Shown: positions 29,791 through 41,135, counted from the first letter of the stretch. The stretch is DNA of 64,000 bases from Thermoplasmatales archaeon (GCA_027310185.1 DAIDBH010000006.1:180860-244859), one strand, 5' to 3'. Translations and numbers: made by a program. Notes: generated from the letters alone by a model not told the origin.

Positions 29791-31248
29791 TTATTTCAGT
29801 ATCTTTCTGTAAGCCAGGCTACCCAGGTATGCTACAATCACAATTATTATGCCTGCTATTAAGCCGTATGTATAATAGAAGAAGCTGGGAATCTTACTGA
29901 ACGATACACTTTGCGTGATGAATGATGCATACATGGTCACATTACCGGACTGCCCTGTATATCCACTTGGTGCAATGGTTGTGTATCCATATGTACCGGC
30001 CATCAAAAGGAATTCTACTTCATTTGAAGTTGTTGTGACAGATTTTGAATTAAGAGTTATTCCCCAGGTTGCATTACTTGGTAATCCTGATTCCTGGAAT
30101 TCTATCCAGTTATAGGTATTATTTTGGAACTGGTATGTGTAATTTATGTAGGAATTTGTGCTTGTGCTTAACCCTCCGTACAGTACAATTGTATCGTTTG
30201 CTTCAAGAACAGACATGCTCTGGCCATATGCCGGTGCTGGAGCATTTATATTCATATTCTCCCATGTCATTGAAACAGGTGAAAACATCCAGCTGCTATT
30301 TGTTGCGACTCCGTTGGAATTTACACCACCGTAAAGTAGAAGGAAGTTGTTAAAGGAGAAATATTTAAGATGTGAAAATGCAAGTTTCCCTGGATTGTTG
30401 TTTAGATTGAGGTTTTTCCAGTGCATTGTTGTCACATTAAGCAACCATGTTGAATCAGAATAAGTACCATTGAACCCACCGTATAGGAGTATGTTACCAT
30501 CTGGAAGAGATTCCATTGTTGATCCTTCCATTGCTGGAATCTGCCCTGTTGTTGTAACTTTTTTCCATGAATTGTCCTTGAATATCCATGTACTGTTTGA
30601 TAACCCGGAACTTGTGTTTCCTCCAAATAAGACGATTGAACTTATGCTATTAGAATAGGCCGATGATGCAAAAGCCCTAGCTGAAGGTGCAACTACAAGA
30701 CCCTTCAGCGGTGTCCAGGCAAATCCAGTAAATATCCATGTCTGGTTTGTTAGAACCATTTTCCCGCTTGATGTGATATTTTCCCCACCGAACAGCACTA
30801 TGTCATCGCCTCTTGGATAGAAGTTCATTGTTGAACCTTCCAGTCCTGGTATGCTGCTTGAAGTTGTTAATTCAGTCCACGTTTGAGAGTTATATATCCA
30901 GGTTTCGTTAACTGTTTTCTTAACCAACATAAATGATGTTGATTTTCCACTGACGATAGTCTCATTAACTACAGTGATCCCACCAAACATTATTGCCTCC
31001 TTGTTTGGAGTAAAACAGGCCATCGTGGAGTTGCTAACAGGCAGAGGTGCAGTAGAAGAGGTGTCGTTCATCCACTGATATTTGTATACTGTACTGTTTT
31101 GTACCACGCTTGGAGTAACTATGACAGCCTTTTGGCTGCTTGCTGAAGGAGCGCCAGAAAAGGTGAATGCAAAGACCATAACTGTAAGTAGTGAAATAGC
31201 TATAACTGCAAATTTCATAATTCCATCACTCTTTCTACTAGAAGTCAT
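29791..31248 (-). CDS. Membrane-anchored Kelch-repeat (beta-propeller) surface protein with thermopsin-type Ig repeat
   Basis: Six (L/M)(F/Y)GG repeats, most followed by (T/S)W...W; FQESGLPSNATWGITL; signal peptide and C-terminal TM. Confidence 0.88.
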   Translation of the reverse strand: MTSSRKSDGIMKFAVIAISLLTVMVFAFTFSGAPSASSQKAVIVTPSVVQNSTVYKYQWMNDTSSTAPLPVSNSTMACFTPNKEAIMFGGITVVNETIVSGKSTSFMLVKKTVNETWIYNSQTWTELTTSSSIPGLEGSTMNFYPRGDDIVLFGGENITSSGKMVLTNQTWIFTGFAWTPLKGLVVAPSARAFASSAYSNSISSIVLFGGNTSSGLSNSTWIFKDNSWKKVTTTGQIPAMEGSTMESLPDGNILLYGGFNGTYSDSTWLLNVTTMHWKNLNLNNNPGKLAFSHLKYFSFNNFLLLYGGVNSNGVATNSSWMFSPVSMTWENMNINAPAPAYGQSMSVLEANDTIVLYGGLSTSTNSYINYTYQFQNNTYNWIEFQESGLPSNATWGITLNSKSVTTTSNEVEFLLMAGTYGYTTIAPSGYTGQSGNVTMYASFITQSVSFSKIPSFFYYTYGLIAGIIIVIVAYLGSLAYRKILK

Positions 31249-31383
31249 TGAAAAAGTAATATTGAAATCATTAATAAAGATTGCATATGATGAATGGCAT
31301 AGAACTTTAGGGCAGTTTTATCCACTTCTTTTACGTGATAGTATGAAAACAACTTAATCGAAGTTATTATGAGATGAACAAAT

Positions 31384-32553
31384 TTAGTTTCCCTTGCTCT
31401 TTTCCCATACTGTTTTTGGTTCGATTACACTTCTGAGGCTTTCTGCTTTTTCCTTGAACTTCTCTACATCCTTCAGTATTGTGTCTATATCCTCAGGAAG
31501 GCTTCTGCCAGGTTTATATCCAAGCTCTTTCAGTTTTTTATGTTCAGGATTGTAATAGTGATCCTCCTTTTCGACCCTTGGATTGGGATAATGCTTTATT
31601 TCAACATCCCTGTCAAATAATGCCTTTGCTCTCCTGCTCACAAGTTCAGTCAGTTCGTTGATGGAATAGTGCTCATCAAACTGGTTGTATACCCTGTACT
31701 CTCCATCTTCAGGCTCCTTCTCAATGCCCAGTGTAAGGCATGAAATGCTGTCATCAAGTGAAAGAAATCCCCTTCTCTGGTTCCCCTTTCCGTATGCTGT
31801 CAGAGGATAACCCAGTACGGCCTGTGTGCAGAACCTGTTCAGTGCTGTACCCCATACCTCATCAATATCAAATCTTGTATGGAGATCGTACTTTTTGATC
31901 TCACTTGTCTGCGTTCCGTATACCACACCCTGCATCACATCTGTTATCTTCAGCTTCCACACCTTGTTTGCAAACATCAGGTTGTTTGTATCATGCACCT
32001 TGCTCCAGTGGTACCAGGAACCTGCAAACTTTGGGAAAGGCAGATAATCTTCCCTGCCGTTGTATTTTACATTGAAGAATCCCTCAGGAATATCAATATT
32101 CGGTGTACCGTATTCACCCATGGTTCCAAGCTTTAGCAGATGGGCTTTGGGTACAATATCCTTCATCGCATAAACCAGGTTTAGTGTGCCACCCATGTTC
32201 TGCATCAACGTCTCCCTTGCCTGTGACAGTCCGATCATGGAGTAGGGTGCAGATCTCTGCTCTGCTAGATGCACGAAAGCATCTGGTTTTGTTTCGCTGA
32301 CAACCCTGTAAAGAAAATCAGGATCGTTCACATCTCCCTTATAGAATTTTATTTTTCCAAGCCCCTTTTCTTCTGCTGTTTTGATCCTATCTTCCATTGA
32401 TGATATTGGCGTGACTGAATCAGAATTTACCTCTGAAACTCTCCTTCTTGTGTAAAGTGAATCAACGCCTATGACCTCATGTCCCCTGCTCATGAGCCTC
32501 ATGGCCAGTGGCCATCCTATGTAACCGTCAATTCCAAGTATTGCGACTTTCAT
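31384..32553 (-). CDS. agl3: UDP-sulfoquinovose synthase (SqdB/Agl3 family)
   Basis: GIDGYIGWP, HLAEQRSAPYSM, KLGTMGEYGTPNIDIPEG, YHWSKVHD, NPRVE.E.HYY. Confidence 0.93.
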   Translation of the reverse strand: MKVAILGIDGYIGWPLAMRLMSRGHEVIGVDSLYTRRRVSEVNSDSVTPISSMEDRIKTAEEKGLGKIKFYKGDVNDPDFLYRVVSETKPDAFVHLAEQRSAPYSMIGLSQARETLMQNMGGTLNLVYAMKDIVPKAHLLKLGTMGEYGTPNIDIPEGFFNVKYNGREDYLPFPKFAGSWYHWSKVHDTNNLMFANKVWKLKITDVMQGVVYGTQTSEIKKYDLHTRFDIDEVWGTALNRFCTQAVLGYPLTAYGKGNQRRGFLSLDDSISCLTLGIEKEPEDGEYRVYNQFDEHYSINELTELVSRRAKALFDRDVEIKHYPNPRVEKEDHYYNPEHKKLKELGYKPGRSLPEDIDTILKDVEKFKEKAESLRSVIEPKTVWEKSKGN

Positions 32554-32671
32554 TATTTTAGGGAAAGTTAATCCTCGTTATAATATATTCCAATTGATTA
32601 GTGATCGGGATAAAGTTATTAATCGTCAAAAATGTATATTTATGAAAAAGTATTATATTTAAATACAATCG

Positions 32672-33280
32672 GTGAACATGTCCCTGGGAGTATCTTTCGT
32701 TGATGTATTTTTTCCCCTTTTTATTGTAATAGATCCCTTTGGGACCATGGCCCTTTTCCTTACCATGACATCAGATTATTCTGAGCAGGAAAAAAGGACT
32801 GCTGCCAAGGATGCTTTCATCTATGGAAGCCTGATACTTGTATTTTTTACTGTGGCCGGTTATTATGTACTATCTTTAATGGGAATATCAATCAACGCCA
32901 TAGAGATTGCAGGAGGGATAATTCTACTGATAATGGGAATTGAAATGGTGAGAGAAGGAGATCGCCCGAAATCAACGGGCAAGACCTTCAAGAACCCGGA
33001 CCTTGGAATTGTTCCATTTGCAACACCATTACTGGCTGGCCCTGGTGCAATTTCCCTTGTTATAATACTGGCAAGAAAAAGTTATGTTTCCATGGGCTAT
33101 ACCATTATTTCTGTCGTTATCATATTCGTGGTTGTTCTCGTCCTATTTTCCTTTGCTACACCAATATCAAAAGCACTTGGCGATAAGTCCATGAAAGCAA
33201 TTACCAGAATTTTCGGTCTTTTTGTTGCTGCTTTTGCGATACAGTTCATGATTACCGCAGTAACAGCACTTTTAGGATGA
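32672..33280 (+). CDS. MarC family membrane protein
   Basis: IDPFG, IAGGI, VPFATPLLAGPGAI, RIFGL. Confidence 0.92.
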   Translation: MNMSLGVSFVDVFFPLFIVIDPFGTMALFLTMTSDYSEQEKRTAAKDAFIYGSLILVFFTVAGYYVLSLMGISINAIEIAGGIILLIMGIEMVREGDRPKSTGKTFKNPDLGIVPFATPLLAGPGAISLVIILARKSYVSMGYTIISVVIIFVVVLVLFSFATPISKALGDKSMKAITRIFGLFVAAFAIQFMITAVTALLG

Positions 33281-33299
33281 AAATAATATAGTATATTTT

Positions 33300-34529
33300 T
33301 CAGTCTATTGTGAATTCCTTTCCATTGTATGGCAATATCACGTTGTAATTCCCGAGATCATCCACAATGGCCTCTCTCTGATCACCATGACATAGAATCA
33401 CGTTCTCTGGCTGGCATCCCTTTATGAATGAGACCAGTTCATCGTGACCGGCGTGAGCGGACATATCGAAAAATTCCACTGCCATATCAGGCTTTACTTC
33501 TACTCCCGATAGATTCAATGTTCCTTTTTCCATAAGGTTCCTGCCGTTTGTTCCCTCTACCTGGTATCCCGTCATGAAAATGGCACTTTTGTCATCATGC
33601 ACATACTTTTCTATGTATGAGAGTGCTGGTCCACCATCCAGCATGCCTGATGTGGAAATGATTACATCTGCAGAATCTATGTTCTCCCTCATCCTCTTGC
33701 CTCTTATCGCCTTTACGCTGGACAGAGATTTTCTGAATTCCCTGTCAGATCTAAGGTAACCGGGAGTATTCAGATAAATGCTTGTTATCAGGTTGCCCAT
33801 TCCATCTGTTGCAATCTTATAAGGCAGGTCAGAGAGGGACATTATAAGTTCCTGCATTCTTCCCATTGCAAATGAAGGAAGTATTACTTTTCCACCATGT
33901 TCTACAATTTCAGATACTCTTTCTCTCAATCTTTTTCTAACTTCCTCTCTGTCTTCGTGATTCTTACCGGCGTATGTACTCTCAATTACAAGATTCCTTA
34001 TCTTCCTCGGTTTTGCCCCAGTTAAGAGTTTTGAATCTCCTGTATACAGGTCACCGGTAACCATTACTTCATCAGAATTCTCAAATTTCCACATTGTTGA
34101 ACCGGGTATATGTCCTGCGGAATATGGTGTGACATTCACTTCATCAAGAACTATCTTCTCGTTGTATTTTGTCTGATTCATGAATGTGTACATCTTTTCT
34201 ACATCCTCACGATTGAATCTTTCCACGTAACCTTCTATGGCAGTTATCTTGATCGAATCGTTAAGCATTGGCCTCGCTGTGTTTGATGTCATTTCTGTTG
34301 CAAAAATATCCACACCATCATTCTGGTAATACATAGGTAATGCACCTATATGATCCAGATGTGAGTGCGTAACAAAAAGTCCATCAATCTTTTCTGGTGG
34401 CAATGGAAATAGTGGTGGTTTTTCTGGAATTACTCCATAATCCACCTGAAAAACCTTATCGTCCATATTGATTATTATTCCTAGCCTACCTACTTCTTCT
34501 GCTCCTCCTAAAAATTTCATTTTTAACAA
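33300..34529 (-). CDS. Beta-CASP metallo-beta-lactamase ribonuclease
   Basis: LGGAEEVGR, THSHLDHIG, AGHIPGS, TGD, ESTYA, SAHAG, HGD. Confidence 0.92.
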   Translation of the reverse strand: MLKMKFLGGAEEVGRLGIIINMDDKVFQVDYGVIPEKPPLFPLPPEKIDGLFVTHSHLDHIGALPMYYQNDGVDIFATEMTSNTARPMLNDSIKITAIEGYVERFNREDVEKMYTFMNQTKYNEKIVLDEVNVTPYSAGHIPGSTMWKFENSDEVMVTGDLYTGDSKLLTGAKPRKIRNLVIESTYAGKNHEDREEVRKRLRERVSEIVEHGGKVILPSFAMGRMQELIMSLSDLPYKIATDGMGNLITSIYLNTPGYLRSDREFRKSLSSVKAIRGKRMRENIDSADVIISTSGMLDGGPALSYIEKYVHDDKSAIFMTGYQVEGTNGRNLMEKGTLNLSGVEVKPDMAVEFFDMSAHAGHDELVSFIKGCQPENVILCHGDQREAIVDDLGNYNVILPYNGKEFTID

Positions 34530-34531
34530 AT

Positions 34532-35296
34532 TTATAACCTCGCGTTTTCAAGTCTATTCTTGCATTCACATGTTCTTTCTTCCGAATGTATTTTCAGAAA
34601 ATCTGCAATAATTTTCTGTGTTTTTTCCTCATTTTCTTTAAGGATCTTAATAACTTCTGATGCTTCTACAGGTTTATCAGACCATACATCATAATCTGTA
34701 ACATTAGCAATTAGAGAATAACACATGCCAAGTTCATCGGCAAGATTAATCTCCGGAACAAGAGTCATTCCTATTATGTCTCCAAATTGTCTGAACATTT
34801 TTGATTCAGCTCTGGTAGAGAATCTTGGACCCTCTATTACCACATATGTTCCAGAATCGTGAGTATCCCCATGTTTATGGGATACTGAACTCAATTCTTT
34901 ATTGATTCTCGGGCAAAATGGATCTGCCGACGATATATGAATAACCTCAGGGCCATCATAGAAAGTCAACTTTCTATTTTTTGTAAAATCTATGTATTGA
35001 TCCGGAATGACAACGTCACCTGGCTTTAGTTCCTCCTTGAGGGAACCTACTGCATTTATCCCGAGTATTTCATCACAACCGATACTGTGAAGGGCCCATA
35101 TATTGGCCCTGTAATTCACCATATGAGGTGGTATATTGTGTTTCTTTCCATGTCTTGGTAGGAAAGCAACTTTCTTCCCATTGAAATCTCCTATTTCTAT
35201 TTCCGAAGATGGTATTCCAAATGGAGTGTCAATCATTTTGCTTTCTTCAATTGTTATAAGATTGTAGAGGCCACTGCCTCCGATTATTCCTATCAA
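34532..35296 (-). CDS. mtnP: S-methyl-5'-thioadenosine phosphorylase
   Basis: [40 protein letters not shown]. Confidence 0.94.
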   Translation of the reverse strand: MIGIIGGSGLYNLITIEESKMIDTPFGIPSSEIEIGDFNGKKVAFLPRHGKKHNIPPHMVNYRANIWALHSIGCDEILGINAVGSLKEELKPGDVVIPDQYIDFTKNRKLTFYDGPEVIHISSADPFCPRINKELSSVSHKHGDTHDSGTYVVIEGPRFSTRAESKMFRQFGDIIGMTLVPEINLADELGMCYSLIANVTDYDVWSDKPVEASEVIKILKENEEKTQKIIADFLKIHSEERTCECKNRLENARL

Positions 35297-35519
35297 TGTA
35301 AATCACTTCCTGTAAGTAATATGACAATGGTATTTAATTTATTTTTAAATATTTCCAATAAAAACTGTACTCAAAATATGCAATTATTCATAGATGCGAA
35401 ATAAGAATGGCACATGATTTAGAGGAGAAACTTCAGGTAACAACAGTTATAATATATCATGTAACCTGAATTTGCATAAGATCGATAAAACTATAACTGC
35501 TATAGAATTATTATATGGA

Positions 35520-36614
35520 ATGGAATCCTCAAAAAAATTGAAAATAGCTGAAATAAAAGGAGAGGTAATGGACATAGAGATAAAGGCGAAAATCCTTTCA
35601 ATGTCTAAGAGAGAGATACAGAACGATAAGGGACCTCTGACATACCATTATGGTCTTGTTGGAGATGAAACCGGCGTTATGCCCTTCACTGCATGGTCTA
35701 TTCCAGGCACAGTAAGAGATAATGATGTATATCTGATATCAAGATGCTACACAAAAAGTTATAAGGATAAACTGAGGCTATATTTTGATGCCAGAACGGA
35801 ATTCAAATTACTTACTGAGGTACTAGAAGTAAAGAGAACTTACAAATATTATGAGATTAAGGATTTAGATTTGAAAGACAAATTCATAACCGTTGAGGGG
35901 CTTCTAACTTCTGAAAATAAGAGGGAATATGAAAAAGAAGGAGAAAAAAGGGAAGTGTTCCAATACATACTTAAGGATCAGACCGGAACTGTGCCAATAT
36001 CATCCTTCGGTAAGAAACTGGAACAGGGAAAATATGCAAGGATTGAGGGCGTAAGATTGGATGAATTCAATGGTTATTACAGGTTGAACATGTCTGATAA
36101 AGCTAAGGTAGAATATCTGAATGTTGAACTCAGGGACAATGAGATAATCCAGGATATATCTTCACTAAAGGGTGCAGTGGGAGGAATTACAGTATCCGGA
36201 TTTGTGATAAATATGGGAGAAAAAAGTGGGCTTGTGGTCAGATGCAGCGAATGTAACCAGAGGGTTGATGATGTTAGGTGTGCGGATCATCCGGATGCAA
36301 AACTCGTCTATGATCTGTTTGCCTATTTTACCATAGATGATGGGACAGATTACCTGCAGGTTAATGCAGGATATGAAGCCCTGAAGAACATAGTAAAAAT
36401 TACAAGAGAATACCTGGATAACCCTCAGAGACCTCCACTGAAGAAAGAGGTAAAGGAAAAAATTGAGTCTGCCCTGGTGCATAATGCACTAAAAATAAAG
36501 GGGAACCTGCGTATAAATAATATGGGACTGTCCCTGAGATCAACGGAAGTGAGTTACATAGCTGATAAGGATATTTCTTACCTCAAAAATGAGATAAAAG
36601 GGGTGTTAAATTGA
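35520..36614 (+). CDS. Replication protein A (multiple OB folds plus Zn finger)
   Basis: GDETG..FTAW, DQTG, DDGT OB motifs; RCSECNQR....C.DH; start reassigned to MESSKK. Confidence 0.85.
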   Translation: MESSKKLKIAEIKGEVMDIEIKAKILSMSKREIQNDKGPLTYHYGLVGDETGVMPFTAWSIPGTVRDNDVYLISRCYTKSYKDKLRLYFDARTEFKLLTEVLEVKRTYKYYEIKDLDLKDKFITVEGLLTSENKREYEKEGEKREVFQYILKDQTGTVPISSFGKKLEQGKYARIEGVRLDEFNGYYRLNMSDKAKVEYLNVELRDNEIIQDISSLKGAVGGITVSGFVINMGEKSGLVVRCSECNQRVDDVRCADHPDAKLVYDLFAYFTIDDGTDYLQVNAGYEALKNIVKITREYLDNPQRPPLKKEVKEKIESALVHNALKIKGNLRINNMGLSLRSTEVSYIADKDISYLKNEIKGVLN

Positions 36615-37429
36615 TGGAGAGAAGGAGGGAACCGGCAAGATGGATATTTGCGAAGGAAATGCGAGATACCTCGATCACTTTCGTGGAGGGTGAAGACGAT
36701 ACCCGAAGGGAATATTTCATCACACCAGGTGGATCTTATGGTAGGAGAATACTCATTTGCGGAAAGATAACACAGAAGACTCAGGATAATGATATGACAA
36801 AATTCACTGTAGCTGATCACACAGGTGCGTTCTATATTACATTTTTCTCCAAGGATTTCAATCAGAATACAAAGATACAGGTAGATGCCGTGAACGAGAA
36901 CGATCTTGTAGTTCTAATGGGCAGAACATCCTATTTCAGGTCCAATGAGGGCAAGATGTATATTAACATAAATCCGGAATACGTGAGAACTGTAAATGAA
37001 GTTGATGCTGAGTACTGGAAGATGAGGACAGCAAAGTCACTAAATAGCAGGCTTTCTGCAATAAAGGAGATCAGGAAATCCCCTGAAATGGATCAGGACC
37101 ACCTACTGGAGCTTGGATTCACTGAAGATGAGGCAAAGGGTTCCCTGAAAGCATGTTCACTATACGAAAATTACAATACAGGACCACTGGAAGAAATAAT
37201 TGCAGGTATGTCCTCATACCAGTTTTCTGATGCGGCTGTTAAATTGAAGGATAGCGTGCTCCAGATAATAAAGGAAAATAATCCATTTGGTGGAATCAGC
37301 TATGATGAAATTCTGCAGAGACTGGCGAAAGACGGTGTTGAAGCCAGACAACTGGATGAGACCCTGAATCTTTTGGGTACAGATGGAGAGATTTATGAGG
37401 CAGGAAAAAGGAAATTCCGGGCTATCTGA
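36611..37429 (+). CDS. RPA-associated / RPA32-like OB-fold protein with C-terminal wHTH
   Basis: RREPARWIFAKE, TPGG...RILICG, ADHTG, GEIYE. Confidence 0.85.
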   Translation: MMERRREPARWIFAKEMRDTSITFVEGEDDTRREYFITPGGSYGRRILICGKITQKTQDNDMTKFTVADHTGAFYITFFSKDFNQNTKIQVDAVNENDLVVLMGRTSYFRSNEGKMYININPEYVRTVNEVDAEYWKMRTAKSLNSRLSAIKEIRKSPEMDQDHLLELGFTEDEAKGSLKACSLYENYNTGPLEEIIAGMSSYQFSDAAVKLKDSVLQIIKENNPFGGISYDEILQRLAKDGVEARQLDETLNLLGTDGEIYEAGKRKFRAI

Positions 37430-37430
37430 T

Positions 37431-38849
37431 CTACCATTTCAATTTTAGATCCTTAGCTGCCTTGACTTCATCCGCCCTTCCAATTGACAGGTTAACCGGC
37501 ATTTTATGAAGTTCCTCATCAGGTGTCAACACTGCTTCCTGAATTATGTTGCAGAACTCGTCCATGTCATCCTTGCTTGCATCTTCTGTTGGCTCAATCA
37601 TCAGGGCTTCAGGAACTATGAGAGGGAAATATATGGTTGGAGCATGAATACCCCTGTTGATTATATATTTTGCAATGCCCAGTGCCCTCTTGTTCACCAT
37701 CTTGGTTGACATTATAACTTCATGTTTCTTCAATCCCTCATGATGGTAGTTGAGTATGGGTTCCAGTCTCTTTGCCATATAGTTTGCATTTAGCACTGCC
37801 CTGTGAGTGTTTAACAGAAGACCATCTGATCCCTTGTATTTTATGTATGCCCATGCTCTCAGAAGATTTGTGAAGGATCCCTGAAAACCAGCTACTCTAC
37901 CTATGCTATCCTTTTCCTCAGATTTAAGAACATAAAGGTTGCCTTCCTTTTCGATCCTTGGAAATGGTAGATATTTTTCCAGGAAAGACTTCACAGCAAC
38001 GGGCCCAGCTCCAGGTCCACCTCCTCCATGGGGAGTTGCAAATGTCTTGTGAAGATTAAAATGTACCATGTCAAAACCCATTGCCCCAGGCGATGTCAAT
38101 CCAAGTATGGCATTCAGGTTGGCACCATCATAATATAGCAATGAACCGTTCCTGTGTACCATATCTGCTATTTCCTTGATGTCTGTTTCGAAGATTCCAA
38201 GTGTATTTGGATTTGTTATCATGAATGCTGCTGTTTTTTCACTCAGTGCAGCTTCCAGTGCATCCATATTGATAACACCAGTCTCAAGAGATGGTATCTC
38301 CACCACGGAAAACCCCGCCATGGCAGCAGAAGCTGGATTCGTGCCATGTGCAGAATCAGGTATAATTATTTCTGTTCTACCTGTCTCCCCAATATCTTCC
38401 ATGTATTTTCTCACAATTAACATGGATGTGAACTCGCCATGAGCACCAGCTAAGGGTTGCAGGCTCACCGCATCCATGCCTGACATGATCTTTAGATATT
38501 CCCTTAGCTCATACATCACCTGTAGATTTCCCTGTGCATATTCGTAGTCTACGAGAGGATGTACCCTTGCAAATCTTGAGTCATTTGCAATTCTGTCTGC
38601 GAACTTTGGGTTGAATTTCATTGTGCATGAACCAAGTGGGTAGAATCCTGTATCTACAGCATAATTCATCTGTGATAGTCTCACATAATGCCTTACCACA
38701 TCATTTTCAGCTATTTCAGGAAGTTTCAGGTCAACCTGCCTGATTGAATCGTCTAATTCAGGCAATTCAACCTTTTCACAGGAAAAGCTATTTCCAGAGT
38801 TAATTTCCTTGATATATTTTTCATCGTATTCAGCCTGATGATACGTCAT
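37431..38849 (-). CDS. gcvPB: Glycine dehydrogenase subunit 2
   Basis: PLGSCTMKFNP, DSAHGTNPASA, NLHKTFATPHGGGGPG. Confidence 0.96.
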   Translation of the reverse strand: MTYHQAEYDEKYIKEINSGNSFSCEKVELPELDDSIRQVDLKLPEIAENDVVRHYVRLSQMNYAVDTGFYPLGSCTMKFNPKFADRIANDSRFARVHPLVDYEYAQGNLQVMYELREYLKIMSGMDAVSLQPLAGAHGEFTSMLIVRKYMEDIGETGRTEIIIPDSAHGTNPASAAMAGFSVVEIPSLETGVINMDALEAALSEKTAAFMITNPNTLGIFETDIKEIADMVHRNGSLLYYDGANLNAILGLTSPGAMGFDMVHFNLHKTFATPHGGGGPGAGPVAVKSFLEKYLPFPRIEKEGNLYVLKSEEKDSIGRVAGFQGSFTNLLRAWAYIKYKGSDGLLLNTHRAVLNANYMAKRLEPILNYHHEGLKKHEVIMSTKMVNKRALGIAKYIINRGIHAPTIYFPLIVPEALMIEPTEDASKDDMDEFCNIIQEAVLTPDEELHKMPVNLSIGRADEVKAAKDLKLKW

Positions 38850-40171
38850 TGTAACACCTCCATCGCCCTTATTAATTGATCAATTTCAGTATCACTTCTC
38901 ATTTCTGTTGCCGCGAAGAACACATCATCCTTCAGGTTCTCAGGCATAGTAAATAAGAACTGCTTTGCCTTTAAGCCTCCAAGAAATCCTGCCTTTTCAA
39001 GATCGCACATAAGCTTATCGGACTTATTACCTGCACCCACGATAAAATCTGTGAAAAATGGATTCTTCCATTTATGAACTCTGATATAACTGATATTTTC
39101 CATTTTTTTGAGGGTTTTACTTACATTTTCCATGGATCTGGAAGCAACCCACCTCAGTCCTTTCGTCCCAAGGATTGAAAGATATGCGGAAGAAGCTATG
39201 GCAAGCAGTGCCTGGTTGGTGCATATATTGCTCATGGCCTTATCTCTTCTTATGTGCTGTTCCCTGGTCTGAAGTGTCATCACAAATGCCCTCTTTCCAT
39301 TTGTATCAACCGTTTCTCCTATGAGCCTTCCTGGTGATTTTCTAACGTATTTTTCCTTGAATGAGAAAATTCCAAGATAGGGTCCTCCATAGCTGAGTGG
39401 AATGCCGAGCTGCTGTCCTTCTCCAACAGCTATGTCGGCGTCATAATCTCCAGGGGACTTCACAATTGCCAGTGAAACCGGATCATAATATGCTATGTGG
39501 ATTGCACCTTTCTTTATGTCTTTAATTTGAGCTACACCAGGATCTATTGTTCCATAGTTAGAAGGATTATAGGTTATGATTGACGAAGTATTCTCGTCAA
39601 TTGATTGGTTTAATTTTTCAAGATCAATCGTTCCATCTTCATTTACTGGATATGGTTTGAGTGATATTTCAAGTCCAGTTATGTAAGTTCTTATTACCTG
39701 CCAGTGTGACATCCTTATATTTTCAGGTATAAGTACTGTGTTTTTACCGTTTATTCTATGGGCCATTCTAACAGCCTCACCGATTCCCGTAGGTCCATCA
39801 TACATGGATGAGTTCGTTACATCCATCTTCGAGAGATCAGATATTATACTCTGATACTCAAAAAGTGAGTGAAGCATACCCTGTGATATTTCCGCCTGAT
39901 ATGGAGTGTAGGATGTTATAAACTCATTTCTCATGATGATATTTGGAATTGACGACGGAATGAATCGCTCATAAGCCCCTAGTCCGAGGAATATTTTCAT
40001 ATCCAGAGCGTTCTTAGAACCTATATTTTCTGATTCAAACATCACATCCATCTCTGACCTGCCACTGCCAATGGATTTTATATCACTTCTGACGTCCTTA
40101 GGTATATCATTAAAAAGATCCTCAAAATCATTCATTCCCAAATAAGCCAGTAACTCGTTATCTGTGTCCAT
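38846..40171 (-). CDS. gcvPA: Glycine dehydrogenase subunit 1
   Basis: YTPYQAEISQG, NSSMYDG, TREQHIRRDKA.SNICTNQ; start reassigned to MDTDNE. Confidence 0.95.
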   Translation of the reverse strand: MDTDNELLAYLGMNDFEDLFNDIPKDVRSDIKSIGSGRSEMDVMFESENIGSKNALDMKIFLGLGAYERFIPSSIPNIIMRNEFITSYTPYQAEISQGMLHSLFEYQSIISDLSKMDVTNSSMYDGPTGIGEAVRMAHRINGKNTVLIPENIRMSHWQVIRTYITGLEISLKPYPVNEDGTIDLEKLNQSIDENTSSIITYNPSNYGTIDPGVAQIKDIKKGAIHIAYYDPVSLAIVKSPGDYDADIAVGEGQQLGIPLSYGGPYLGIFSFKEKYVRKSPGRLIGETVDTNGKRAFVMTLQTREQHIRRDKAMSNICTNQALLAIASSAYLSILGTKGLRWVASRSMENVSKTLKKMENISYIRVHKWKNPFFTDFIVGAGNKSDKLMCDLEKAGFLGGLKAKQFLFTMPENLKDDVFFAATEMRSDTEIDQLIRAMEVLQ

Positions 40172-40235
40172 GGAATCAACCAGTGAAGTAATCCTCAACC
40201 ATTATTAAAATATAGCCAGAAATTCTGGTAGGATT

Positions 40236-41135
40236 TTATTTTTCAAAGTTTAGTTCCAGCAGTTCTTCTTTGTTTGAATTGCCATTATACCTGAAAATTT
40301 CTTCTATTACAAGGTTCCCGAACTCTGCTTTTGTTGACAGCCCGACAATCTGCATCAACTGGAATTGTGGAACAGCTATCTGAAGATAAAGCTTTCCCAT
40401 TCTTGCTTTCAGAACCCTGCTCTCTGTAAGAATATTTTCTGAAGCGAGTATCTTGAGAAAATCAGAATATGTCCCTTTCAGTGTTACATACTTTGAACTT
40501 CCTATCACCTCTTCAATGTTCACAACTGTTCTGTCGTAGTTTTCGTCTAATGTTCCGATCATTGTTACCTTGTTCAATCTGGGCGTATCCCCTTCGAGAA
40601 ATGTTGAATTGTCATTTGACCCTGGCATTGCCAGATCCAGAAACGTGATACCCATTAGAGGCTCTGCATATGTGTTAAGGCCTTCATCAATTATTCCATT
40701 GGATATTGGCCTGATCCAGTCAACAAAAATATCATCCAGATTCCTGACGCCATCAAGTACTATATCATTCAGGTCCCCAAGTTTTTCGTCCATTACTCTT
40801 CCAGTGATTGAAAACCCCTCGCCGGAAAGCTCCATGTAATCTACTATGAATCCACTTATATTGAGCAATTTTTTTATATGTTCTAACTCCTCCCTTGATT
40901 CACCAAGGTTCATCACATAGTTACCGTAATTATCCCTCTCCGCCTTCATTTTCAGGAATATTGCAATGTTCCTGTTCTTTGCAACTTCAGATGGAATAAA
41001 GAAGAGAAAATCCTGTTTTTCACCATCACTGACAACTCTTGTTCTTATAACGATTCTGTTTTCAAAAAGAACATCGAATAACTGTGCTTCCCATTTATAT
41101 CGAACCTTGATTGAGTGCATGTTCCTCTTCACCAC
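40236..41135 (-). CDS. Hypothetical protein, possibly Thermoplasmatales Ta1207-like family
   Basis: 299 aa ORF with typical codon use; family resemblance from recall only. Confidence 0.5.
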   Translation of the reverse strand: MVKRNMHSIKVRYKWEAQLFDVLFENRIVIRTRVVSDGEKQDFLFFIPSEVAKNRNIAIFLKMKAERDNYGNYVMNLGESREELEHIKKLLNISGFIVDYMELSGEGFSITGRVMDEKLGDLNDIVLDGVRNLDDIFVDWIRPISNGIIDEGLNTYAEPLMGITFLDLAMPGSNDNSTFLEGDTPRLNKVTMIGTLDENYDRTVVNIEEVIGSSKYVTLKGTYSDFLKILASENILTESRVLKARMGKLYLQIAVPQFQLMQIVGLSTKAEFGNLVIEEIFRYNGNSNKEELLELNFEK

